In this document: piece by piece, positions 44,380 through 53,986 of the stretch
How positions within the stretch are numbered: the first letter of the stretch is position 1
Layout: each line of letters starts with the position of its first letter
Source: Leptolyngbyaceae cyanobacterium
Lineage (GTDB): Bacteria; Cyanobacteriota; Cyanobacteriia; Phormidesmidales; Phormidesmidaceae
NCBI GenBank assembly: GCA_050331235.1
Contig: JBHJHA010000037.1
Span: 1-58,357, forward strand
Direction: 5' to 3'
DNA: 58,357 nt
Program-made: the position numbers and the translations under genes
Notes under the pieces: model-generated
What the model was told of the DNA's origin: nothing
The model's database searches: none
Seen by the model: only the letters and a program-made list of their open reading frames with translations

Positions 44380-45174
44380 ATGCAACAAACCTTAGACCAA
44401 TTGAAAACCCTCCGCCTCATCGGCTTGCTCGTTCGCGCAGCGTGCCCGAAGGGCTTAGCCTGGCAGGAACAACAGGGACAGCCTACCTATCACGACCTCA
44501 CCTTTGATGAACGCTTTGCCCTGCTCGTTGAGCGGGAGTATCTCAGGCGGCAGCACCAACGACTGCAACGACGACTCAAGCAGGCACAGCTTTCTACTCC
44601 AGCGACTCTGGAGGCAGTTGATTTTCATGTGCCACGCGGCTTGAAGAAAACTCAGTTCCTGGAATGGGCTCAGGGCCAGTGGTTGGGCCAGCACCTTAAT
44701 CTCATCTTGATGGGGCCGACAGGCGTGGGAAAAACCTTCTTGGCTTGTGTTTTAGCCGACCATCTCTGCAAGCAGGGCTATACCGTGCGCTATTTCAAAA
44801 CTGCTGAACTGCTCTCAGAATTGAAGTTCGCCAAACTCGATGGCTCGTTCCCCAAACTGCGCAAACAACTCGCAACCTTTGACCTCATTATTCTCGATGA
44901 GTGGCTGCGCGATGCCCTCGCGCCCAATGATGCCCGCGAAGTTCTCGACTTCCTCGATGACCGCTATCGACGTTCCTCTTGTCTGCTCGCAACCCAATTC
45001 CCCATCAACCAGTGGCATCCCCAAATTCAAGACCCGACGTTAGCCGATGCTATTCTTGACCGCTTGGTGCATGACTCCCTTCGCCTGGCCCTCAAAGGTG
45101 AGTCCATGCGCAAGCTCACCAGCCCGCTCAAGGGCGAAACTGATCTGATTGCAGAGGAAAACGCCATGTCTTAG
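44380..45174 (+). CDS. istB: IS21 helper ATPase
   Basis: GPTGVGKT, IILDEW, TLADAILDRLVH, LKGESMR. Confidence 0.92.
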   Translation: MQQTLDQLKTLRLIGLLVRAACPKGLAWQEQQGQPTYHDLTFDERFALLVEREYLRRQHQRLQRRLKQAQLSTPATLEAVDFHVPRGLKKTQFLEWAQGQWLGQHLNLILMGPTGVGKTFLACVLADHLCKQGYTVRYFKTAELLSELKFAKLDGSFPKLRKQLATFDLIILDEWLRDALAPNDAREVLDFLDDRYRRSSCLLATQFPINQWHPQIQDPTLADAILDRLVHDSLRLALKGESMRKLTSPLKGETDLIAEENAMS

Positions 45175-45314
45175 AAACGCCGATCACCGTTGTCGTCAAC
45201 TGACGACTATTAGACGACAATGAAATTGACCTGCCCAATGACCGCGAAATTTTCTCAGGTTTTCAGGGGTGCCGAAGTTGATGCAACTCGGTGCCGAAGT
45301 TACGAGAATACGCA

Positions 45315-46581
45315 TGGGTCCGCTCGCTAACGTATAAGGCCCGTACCGATGTTCTTGATGCTCGACATAGAGTTCGTTGTCGAAGAGTCCCCACCACAGC
45401 ACCACGGTTTCTCCTGCTAAATCCGGGTCTACTTCATACGTCGCCCCGGCTACCGTGACCCGAGCATCACTGCCAACTTTTCGGGTTTCCGGTTCACGCG
45501 CAAAGGTGCAAAAGCGCTCCCAATTGCACATGCCCCGAATCCCAGCCGCGGGTAATCGGCTGACCCAGTCTTCCCTCCGGGAATGGGGCTCGCTGCGATG
45601 TTTCAGGCTGTTGTAATGCAGTAAGAACCGACATAACCAGGCGTTCGCCTCCACTTCCGTCTCCGGCTCATGGAGGTGATAGAGGGTCTCGTGCATTTCC
45701 TTGACGCTGCGAAACGGGCGTTCGACTTTCCCTTTCGAGCGAGCGGTCACCCGCCGACCATCCTTGCCTTGGGGCATGTGAGTTCGCACCTCAATGCCCA
45801 GCGCATCCATCACGCTTTGGAAAACCTGGCTCCGCGCAATGGGGCCGTTATCCATGTAGAGCATCTGAGGAATTCCCTGGAAGGGGAAATCCTCCACCGA
45901 TTTAGGCGACATGGCCGTAAACAGAAACCGTAAGGCCGCCTCCACATCCTCTCCATACACCCCGTGGTATTCCTGATAAGCCACCCCACTGCGGTCATCC
46001 ACGACGCTGTAGAGCATCAGCAGCGGACGCCCTCGAGCGGGGTCCATCCAGACGGGGGTTTTGACATGCTTAAGATCCGACGGACTGAGATCAAAGTGCC
46101 AACAGTCATTGCTGTGTTCCGCCTGGAAATGAACCACAGGCGGTTGGCGAGTCATCCGCGCCTGGTCATAGCCCCACTGCTGCAGATAGCGATTCACAGT
46201 CGTTTTCTTCAGCAATCCTGGAGGGGCCTGAATCAGTCCCTCCGGGGTATCTACCCCGTGCTCTTCCAACAGCCGAATTGCTTGCACGGTTGAGAGATGG
46301 CGGCCTTTGCCATTGCAGGTGCGTACTTTCAGGGCGGCAATCGCCTCACAGTAGCGTTCCATATTTAGTTTTGACATCACCCGGGGGCTGCCCGCATCGT
46401 CACGGCGAGCCGAACGAACCCATTTTTGCTCTCGCAGCGTGCGATATAAGGTGGCCTCTGAAACGTCATAGAGCTGCGCCGTTTTCTGCACCAACTGCCG
46501 ACGTTCGGCACTGCGGACGGGCAATTGATCCAAGCGTCGCCGTAAGTCCAGTAAGGTTTCGGATGGAATCTGCTTGCCCAC
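45315..46581 (-). pseudogene. DDE (rve, Mu/TniA-like) transposase, 3' truncated by IS21
   Basis: WHFDLS, LYMDNG and KGKVERPF catalytic motifs; the ORF tail below 45315 is read from the IS21 end. Confidence 0.82.
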
Positions 46582-46593
46582 GGCTCCCCCTGG

Positions 46594-47217
46594 TTATCCC
46601 GACGAGGGACGAGAGTGAATCTGGCGACGCTTGAGCCAGTCGTAAAGCGTCGAAGGTGCACAGTCCACTAATTTGGCAATCGACCGCTTACTAATCCCTT
46701 TGGCCAAGTAATCCCGAATCTCGGTTTCCTTATCATCCAGCTTCAAATGCTGGGACTGACTGCCTTTCGGGCGGCCCAGTAATTTCCCCTCGGCCTTACG
46801 TTTCGCGAGGGCCTCAGTGGTGCGCAGGGAAATAAACTCCCGCTCAATCTCCGCGGCCAGACCTAAGACCGTAGCTGTAATACGACTTTGCATCGAGCTG
46901 TCCAGGACCATCTGTTGCTTGGCGATATGCACCGTAATCTCCCGCTGCATGGCACATTCCAGCATTTCTAGAACTTGTAGAGTGGAGCGGGCCATGCGGC
47001 TGATTTCGGCAAACACCACAGTGTCACCAGTCTGGGCGGTTTCCATCAGGAGTTGACCAACCGCTCGTTCACGCCATTTCACGCGACCTGAGACGCTATC
47101 CTCGACAAACTGTAGGGGACCTAACTGATGCGTATTGGCGTACTCCAAAATGCCGTGGCGCTGATTAGCTCCGTCTTGATGTTCACTGGAGACGCGGAGA
47201 TAGGCGTAGGCGGCCAT
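46594..47217 (-). CDS. Serine recombinase (resolvase) with C-terminal HTH
   Basis: YAYLRVSS, EISRMAR, AEIEREFISLRT, GRP, HTH (PSTLYDWL). Confidence 0.92.
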   Translation of the reverse strand: MAAYAYLRVSSEHQDGANQRHGILEYANTHQLGPLQFVEDSVSGRVKWRERAVGQLLMETAQTGDTVVFAEISRMARSTLQVLEMLECAMQREITVHIAKQQMVLDSSMQSRITATVLGLAAEIEREFISLRTTEALAKRKAEGKLLGRPKGSQSQHLKLDDKETEIRDYLAKGISKRSIAKLVDCAPSTLYDWLKRRQIHSRPSSG

Positions 47218-47253
47218 AAATGTAACCGTTTCCAACAAAAACGGCTTTGAGGC

Positions 47254-47315
47254 TTAATTCAAACAGATACGTTCTAATTTAAACCTAAAGAAGCGCACAT
47301 ATCTGTTTGGATTAA
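47254..47315. promoter_or_regulatory. Putative res site / resolvase binding sites
   Basis: TTAATTCAAACAGATA ... TATCTGTTTGGATTAA (15/16 inverted repeat, 30-bp gap) in AT-rich DNA just upstream of the resolvase. Confidence 0.55.
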
Positions 47316-47452
47316 ACCATCGTTAAATTCAAATATGCAGTCGTTGAAATACTCAAAGATTCAAAAGTTACATTGACTGTCCTGCTAAAGATTTCTGATT
47401 CGTCAAACATCATTCTTCACTAATCTTGTCTCCTTATTAAGAGGTTCATGCC

Positions 47453-48865
47453 ATGGTAAACCGATCGCAGAAAGTCATCCGACGCGCTTTAAAACCCTTC
47501 TTTTACAGCCTGATGGGAATGCTAATGGTTTTGGCGATCGCGGGGCTTTCCCAAATCGGCCTTGCCCAAGCGCCCTCCCGCGTGCTGTTTGAAAACGTGC
47601 GCATTTTTGATGGCACGTCCCCCGGTCTGTCTGACCCGGCCTATGTGCTGGTGGAAAACAATAAAATTCAGACTATCTCAGACGAACCCCTGGCTGTGAC
47701 GGCTGTAGGAGATTTGACCATTGTTGATGGCAATGGTCGCACCTTAATGCCAGGACTCATTGATGCCCATTATCACTTCAACGTTGCCACCTTAGCCCTT
47801 GAAGATCTGTTAGACCCCAATATTTCTAACGAAGCCGCCCGTGAAGCCATTCTTCAGACCGCCCCCATCGAAGCCAGCAACTATTTGATGCGCGGCTTCA
47901 CGAGTGGGCGCGATGTCGGGGGGAATGTGTTTGACCTCAAGCGAGACATTGATGCAGGTGAACTGGTGGGACCACGCATTTGGCCCAGTGGTGCTTCGAT
48001 TAGTCAAACCAGTGGTCATGGTGATTTTCGCTTTCCTGATGAGCTCCCCCGAACGCCGACATCGCCCCTCTCTCGTACAGAGGTGCTCGGGGAAACCATC
48101 ATTGCCGATGGTGTGCCTGAAGTGCTGCGTCGAGTGCGCGAGCAGCTCAGACAAGGGGCCTCCCAAATCAAGGTTCACGCTGGTGGCGGTGTTACCTCAT
48201 CTTTTGACCCCCTGGATGTTTTGCAATATACCGAGGAAGAGTTACAGGCGGCGGTCGATGCGGCGGCTGATTGGAACACCTATGTGGCGGTGCATGCCTT
48301 TACGCCAGCTTCGATTCAGCGGGCGATCAAGGTGGGTGTCAAAACCATTGAACATGGCCATTTAATCGATGAGGAAACTGCTCAGCTGATGGCTGAGACG
48401 GGGACTTGGCTGAGCATGCAGCCCGTGCTAGATGACGAAGATGCGCTCGTTCCCGAAGGCTCGGCACCGGTGAACCGGGAAAAGTATTTGCAAACGACTG
48501 AGGGTACCGAAATTACCTACCGCTTAGCCAAGCAATACAACGTCAAAACGGCTTGGGGCACGGATGTGCTGTTTGACCCTCGGCTCGCTTCTCGTCAGAT
48601 GTTCCAGCTCACCAAAATGGTGCGTTGGTATGAACCCTGGGAAGTGCTGAAAATGGCGTCCCATGACAATGCCGAAATGCTGGCTTTATCTGGCCCACGC
48701 AATCCTTATCCTGGCAAGTTAGGCGTTGTCGAGGAAGGGGCACTGGCCGATCTGTTGCTGGTCGAGGGTGATCCCACCGAGGACATCACTGTGCTGGAAG
48801 ATGCTGAGCAGAATCTACTGGTGATCATGAAAGACGGCAAGATTTACAAGAATCTGCTGTCGTAA
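47453..48865 (+). CDS. Secreted metal-dependent amidohydrolase (prolidase-like)
   Basis: Signal peptide; PGLIDAHYH, QIKVHAGGG, AVHA, EHG, GTD, GALADLL. Confidence 0.88.
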   Translation: MVNRSQKVIRRALKPFFYSLMGMLMVLAIAGLSQIGLAQAPSRVLFENVRIFDGTSPGLSDPAYVLVENNKIQTISDEPLAVTAVGDLTIVDGNGRTLMPGLIDAHYHFNVATLALEDLLDPNISNEAAREAILQTAPIEASNYLMRGFTSGRDVGGNVFDLKRDIDAGELVGPRIWPSGASISQTSGHGDFRFPDELPRTPTSPLSRTEVLGETIIADGVPEVLRRVREQLRQGASQIKVHAGGGVTSSFDPLDVLQYTEEELQAAVDAAADWNTYVAVHAFTPASIQRAIKVGVKTIEHGHLIDEETAQLMAETGTWLSMQPVLDDEDALVPEGSAPVNREKYLQTTEGTEITYRLAKQYNVKTAWGTDVLFDPRLASRQMFQLTKMVRWYEPWEVLKMASHDNAEMLALSGPRNPYPGKLGVVEEGALADLLLVEGDPTEDITVLEDAEQNLLVIMKDGKIYKNLLS

Positions 48866-48883
48866 CGGCGGACCCGGAGAAAG

Positions 48884-50512
48884 GTGATGAAAAAGCGCTT
48901 GGTCTTTCTCCTGAGCCTATGCCTTGGCCTGGTGCTCAGCACGCTGCTAGCGGCACCCACACCGAGTCTGGCTCAGGATGTCCGCCCGATTACCTGGAAT
49001 GATTTGCTGGAGCAAACCGCGATCGAGTTTGACGACCCGTTCGCGGCGCTCAGCGAAGAGCAACTGTACCAGGTGTCAATGATTGCCCGATATCGCCTGC
49101 TACGGCAACAAGGCAAAGCGGGATCGAATACCCCATCTGAAACAGAGCGGGAATATTTAGCGACGTTGCAGGCCCAGAGCATTGACGTGGATTGGTTGCT
49201 GGCCCAGCGAGAGCGGGTGATGCAGGCTCGGAAACAGCAGTTGAGTGCGCCTGCGACGGTGAGTGGGGAGCGGGTCGCGATTTCTGGCTATGTCTTACCC
49301 TTGACCCAAAAGCGGCAACGCGTGACGGAATTTTTGCTAGTGCCCTGGCTCGGAGCCTGTATCCACACGCCCCCGCCCCCGCCCAACCAGATTGTTCATG
49401 TGACCTTTCCCCAAGGCATGGCGGTTCACGATCGCTTTGACCCCATGACGATTGCGGGGTTACTCGATACCGCCTTTGCATACCACGAGCTTTTTTTAGT
49501 GGATGGTAGCCGGGATGTGGGGGTGACCTACACCCTGGCGGCTGAGGCGGTGACGGCCTATGTCCCTGGCGAGACAGATCCGCTGTCTCAAGTGGTGATT
49601 CCGGAGGAAGCTCTGGCTGGACAACATTTTTGGCAGCGCTGGCAAACCCAGGTATCTTTACTGTTTACGAACACGATGGCTGACATTCAGGGCCAACCTC
49701 TGTCCCGGGCGTTTCTCATCGGCGTGGTCATTGCTTTTGCCTATGGTGTGATCCATACCCTTGGCCCCGGCCATGGCAAGGCGGTGATTGTTTCGTATTT
49801 TGTCGGTGAGGGCGGCAGTCTGCAACGGGGGCTATGGATGGGAGTGCGCATTGCTGTGCTGCATGTGTTGGCTGCGGTGGTGCTGGTGGTCGCGACCGAT
49901 GTCGTGGTACAGCAGGTGGGCGGCAGTGCCGCAGGGAACTTTCGCATCATGCGCCTGGTGAGCTATGGCGCGATTGCTAGCATTGGCGGTTGGATGTTGT
50001 GGCAGGCGCTACGGACTTATCGAAACGCGGCTCCCTTGCCCCAAACTATGGCATCGGCTGCTTTAGAACAGACGCCCACCGAGACCATTATCTATCCCCG
50101 CCTGAGCCAAGCCGTTCTAGCGCCGCCACCGGACAAAACTATCTTTAATCACACTGCGAATTGGGGCTGCTCCTGTCTCAGTTGCCTTCCCTCCACCAAA
50201 ACTGGGACATGGTTATCGATGGCGGTTGGGGCGGTGCCCTGTAGCGGCGCGTTAATTGTGCTCCTCTACGGTTTGGCGAACAATATGCTGTGGGTTAGCG
50301 TCACCCTAGTCGTCGCCATTTCAGTCGGCATGGCGATCGCCCTTTCCACCGTTGGAGTTCTCGCGCTTCTCGGTCGACAAACGCTTGATCAACGCCTGCT
50401 GGGCAGTGCTCGCCAACGCACCATCGCCGCTGGTCTCAGGCTCATGGGCGCAATCGCTGTGTTCTCCGTAGGTCTTTTTTTATTTGTAGTGACCTTAGCA
50501 CCTACAGCATGA
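48884..50512 (+). CDS. DUF3299-like domain fused to an RcnA/NiCoT-type nickel/cobalt transporter domain
   Basis: FLLVPWLGACIHTPPPPPNQ, then HTLGPGHGK and VPCSGAL with multiple TM helices. Confidence 0.78.
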   Translation: MMKKRLVFLLSLCLGLVLSTLLAAPTPSLAQDVRPITWNDLLEQTAIEFDDPFAALSEEQLYQVSMIARYRLLRQQGKAGSNTPSETEREYLATLQAQSIDVDWLLAQRERVMQARKQQLSAPATVSGERVAISGYVLPLTQKRQRVTEFLLVPWLGACIHTPPPPPNQIVHVTFPQGMAVHDRFDPMTIAGLLDTAFAYHELFLVDGSRDVGVTYTLAAEAVTAYVPGETDPLSQVVIPEEALAGQHFWQRWQTQVSLLFTNTMADIQGQPLSRAFLIGVVIAFAYGVIHTLGPGHGKAVIVSYFVGEGGSLQRGLWMGVRIAVLHVLAAVVLVVATDVVVQQVGGSAAGNFRIMRLVSYGAIASIGGWMLWQALRTYRNAAPLPQTMASAALEQTPTETIIYPRLSQAVLAPPPDKTIFNHTANWGCSCLSCLPSTKTGTWLSMAVGAVPCSGALIVLLYGLANNMLWVSVTLVVAISVGMAIALSTVGVLALLGRQTLDQRLLGSARQRTIAAGLRLMGAIAVFSVGLFLFVVTLAPTA

Positions 50513-50519
50513 TGACTTG

Positions 50520-50724
50520 CCCATTTGCAGGCGAATGGGAATTCCCGTGTAAGCGCCTTATTTGCAAATAATATGGGTCAGACCGGATGTTTGCAGGTTC
50601 ATTTGCAGGAATGCGGGTCCATTCTCAAATAATGTGGGTCCAAACCCTATTTTCATTTGCAAATAATGTGGGTCGAAAATGCGATGTTTGCGGGTTGAGG
50701 CGATTATGTTTGCAGGTCGCAACA
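50520..50724 (-). repeat. Terminal end of a nested Mu/Tn7-superfamily transposon with multiple transposase-binding repeats
   Basis: Ends ...GGTCGCAACA (TGTTGCGACC on minus); repeated ATTTGCAAATAAT(A/G)TGGGTC and ATGTTTGC(A/G)GGT motifs. Confidence 0.65.
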
Positions 50725-50951
50725 CTTAGAGAACTTTCGTTTACTCAATTACGCGGAGATTCTCCAGGTCATCATTCTCTTTGGCGCAGTTCTTGGCAGC
50801 CCGGAAGAGCTGGCCACGGTTTCTGGACTTTACACTCCGGAAGAATAAACCAACTAGAATCAGATTTCCTTAAGTAATGTCGTAAATTGACTGATGGAAA
50901 TCAGTTCTTCCCAGATCTTGAACTTAACTCCAAGCTGGCTAAATAGTACTG

Positions 50952-51527
50952 ATGAGTATTCAAATTCAATCGTGTATTCACACCGAAGTTGACGATATTC
51001 ATGACCGCGAGTCAGGTTTTTGTATCGCGGGCAAAATCCTTCATGTCGAATGCGACCTTGACCGCGATGATCTCATAGAAGTACAGGTCGGTCATATTGT
51101 GGCCCATCAGATTGTCGGCACCGTTGATGAGCTGACAATTTGGGCTGACAGTATCAGTCATGATTTATCTGATGCTGTTGTATGGCTACAGGATCTTTGT
51201 CGGAGCAAAGATGATTTAGCTTGCTTGAGTAGTTATTTATTTGTCGAAGAGCTTGAAATCAATCCTAAATGGCGTAGACGCGGAATTGGCCTCAAAGCCA
51301 CCGCTGCCTTTTTGGAGGTACATGCCAACAGAGGCTTTGTCTTTTTGAAACCGATGCCTCTTCATAAGCCAGACTCACCCGAAGAAAACATCCGGGAAAT
51401 TGAAAGGCTGAGAAGATTTTGGCAAAGATTGGGACTTGACCATTTCGATAGCGAAGCTAATTTCCTTTGGAATTCAGCTTGGCAATGTCCCAGGGAGTTG
51501 GCAGGAACTGAGGATCTTCTACCGTAG
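50952..51527 (+). CDS. GNAT-like acetyltransferase-fold protein
   Basis: LFVEELEINPKWRRRGIG acetyl-CoA motif A and LRRFWQRLGL. Confidence 0.62.
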   Translation: MSIQIQSCIHTEVDDIHDRESGFCIAGKILHVECDLDRDDLIEVQVGHIVAHQIVGTVDELTIWADSISHDLSDAVVWLQDLCRSKDDLACLSSYLFVEELEINPKWRRRGIGLKATAAFLEVHANRGFVFLKPMPLHKPDSPEENIREIERLRRFWQRLGLDHFDSEANFLWNSAWQCPRELAGTEDLLP

Positions 51528-51590
51528 ATTGCTTGACAGCTGCGGTATGGGGAAGGATAGAATTTTCGGAAAAGTTAGTACGCATAAACT

Positions 51591-53486
51591 ATGGGCCAGA
51601 AGACAATTCGCTGCCGCTTAATTGCTACGGAGGAAAGCCGTCAAGCAATCTGGCAACTAATGGCTGAACGCAACACTCCCCTAATCAATGAAGTGTTACA
51701 GCAGATTCCAAAACATCCAGACTTTGCCAAGTGGCAACAGAGAGGAAGTTTGCCAGACAGTGCAGCTAGGGTGATCATCGATAGGCTAAAAAATGACCCA
51801 CGTTTCAGCGGTCAGCCTTCCTACCACTACATCTCAGCCCAGAAGCAGGTGACCTATACCTTCAAGAGTTGGCTTACTATTCAACGTCGCAAACAGTGGA
51901 AACTAGAGGGCAAACGTCTGTGGTTAGAGATTTTGCAATCTGATACAAAGTTGGCAGAGCTCGCAAAATGCAGCATAGATAAACTGCATACAGAGGCGGA
52001 AAAGATCCTGCGTCGAGTGACGGGCCAAGATTCCTTTAAGCGCCTTCTGGAGCGGTACAAGAGTGAAAGGAACCTGCTTTGTAAGTGCGCCATCGCCTAT
52101 TTACTCAAGCGAAACTTGAATATTGAGGCTGAGGAAAACCCCGAACAGCTAGAAAAGCGACACCATAAAACTGAGGTCCGGATCAAGCGCTTGGAAATCC
52201 AACTTCAAGCAAGTCTTCCAAAAGGCCGAGATCTATTAGGAGAACGTCAAGCAGTAGCCCTCGCCCAAAGTGTTTTAGCTCCCCCTGAAGACGATCAGAG
52301 CTACGAAATCTGGAGAAATGCCCTAACAAGGGAGCCTGCTCAGCTTCCCTTCCCAATACTTTATGAGACTTCCGAATGCTTGCAATGGAAAAGAAATGAG
52401 CATGGGCGATTGAGTGTTAGCTTCAGTGGTTTGAGTGAACATATCTTGAAGGTTTACTGTGATATGCCACATCAGCACTGGTTTAATCGCTTCTTTGAAG
52501 ACCAAGAGACCAAAAGATCAGGAAGTGATCAGCACTCTGCGGGCTTATTCACCTTGCGCTCAGCTAAGTTGTCATGGAGACCTGATCCAAAGCATGTCAA
52601 CGCTTCTGCTCCTTGGAATCGTTACTATCTGAATCTTTCCTGCACGGTTGATACCCGTTTGTGGACACAGGAAGGAACTCAAACCGTCATCCAAGAAAAG
52701 GCTGCAAATACAGCAGTAAAGCTTGAGTCGATGCGAGAGAAAAGCAATCTCAGCCCAACGCAAGAAGGATATATCAGGCGGTTGGAGTCTACTTTAACCA
52801 AACTACAAATACCCTATCCTCGCCCCAGTCGAAGACCTTATTCAGGGAAAGCGAATATCCTGGTTGGAGTCAGCATGGGACTAGATAAGCCAGCGACAGT
52901 TGCAGTCGTGGACGCCCTTACTAGTGAGGTATTGACTTATCAATCAACCAAAAAACTATTAGATGACAACTATCGGCTCCTGAGGCGTGCCCGCACAGAG
53001 CAAAATAAAGCTAGCCACAGAGGTCACAAACAGCGCCTCAGGGGCGGCAAGAACTTTGCTCAAGAGTCTGACATCAGTAAGCAGGTAGATCGGCTCTTAG
53101 CGAAAGCAATTGTCAACCTCGCTCAGCATTATGAAGCAGGCAGTATTGTGCTCCCTAACTTGGCTTATATTCGTGAAATTGTCGAGGCGGAAATAAATGC
53201 TAGAGCTCAATCCAAAGTTCCAGACTTCGTAGAAGGCCAGAAGCAGTATGGCAAAGCTTACAGAACTCAAGTACATCGTTGGGGCTATGGGAGACTGCAA
53301 GAAGCCATTAGTAGCAAAGCAGGTCAGGCTGGCATCGCTATCGAGATAACTCAACAGGGTTCTTCAGGCAATTAAGCTGAAAAAGCTAAGGATTTGGCTT
53401 TAAGAGCTTTTGAAAGCCGCAAAACCGATGAAGTCAAGCTTGGCAATAAGAATTCTGATATCGCCACCGTGAGAGTGACAGGGTAA
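51591..53486 (+). pseudogene. cas12k: Cas12k (type V-K effector) with premature in-frame TAA at 53373-53375
   Basis: TIRCRL, MAERNTPLINE, LPKGRD, PFPILYET, LFTLRSA, VDTRLWTQEGT, GVSMGLDKPATVAV, VHRWGYGRL; the conserved EKAKDLALRAFESR lies after the stop, ending TAA 53484-53486 (631 codons). Confidence 0.93.
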
Positions 53487-53544
53487 ATTCTCCGTAATTA
53501 GCTATTTGAGGACCAAGTAGCAATCCAGCAAGCTAGTATATATG

Positions 53545-53787
53545 TACAAAAGCGCCGCAGATCATGCGCAAGCCTCTGTTCTGTGAAAAATGAGGGTTTG
53601 TATGACTGTGTAATAACAGTCATACTTTCTGGCCCTGGTAGCTGACCACTCCGATGCTGCTGTTGAAAGTGAACTCGCCTAGACTTGGACACCTAACAAC
53701 AGGAAAGGGGCGCACCCAGCAAGAGAGGACGGACTTACTGTAGTGTTGGCTGCTGAATCAACTCCGAACAAGGAGTAATCCATGCAC
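53545..53787 (+). ncRNA. Type V-K tracrRNA
   Basis: Recognisable V-K tracr blocks AGCGCCGCAG..CATG, GCCTCTG, AAATGAGGGTT, GACTGT..ACAGTC, CTTTCTG.CCCTGGTAGCTG, GATGCTGC, GCGC.CCCAGCAA, GCTGAATCA; 3' anti-repeat TCCATGCAC. Boundaries approximate. Confidence 0.88.
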
Positions 53788-53986
53788 TCATACCCAAATA
53801 ATACCCGCCGCGAACCCTGAGCAAGGGAATTTTTCCTGGAAGGTTCGCGCAAGCGTAGAAGCTTTGAGCAGTGGTCTTTTCACATGTTCTTTGCTTTCAG
53901 GTTCAAGCCAAATCTATCCGCCTTAATTGAGGTTCGCGATTGGAAAGGCTGGAGCCGTTCATTTGAAAGGGTTCTAAATGAGCGCC

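Larger units (their letters stand above)
42645..45314 (+). mobile_element. IS21-family element
   Basis: TG...CA ends with AACTTCGGCA motifs (4 direct copies left, 2 inverted copies right); encloses istA/istB; no target duplication visible. Confidence 0.88.

Noticed and set aside
50520..50724. Repeat cluster as a second CRISPR array
   Set aside because: Irregular spacing, two interleaved short motifs and a terminal ACA fit a transposon end better.
24057..53375. Stop-codon reassignment explaining the in-frame stops
   Set aside because: The three stops are TGA, TAG and TAA, and all three codons terminate normal genes in this window.
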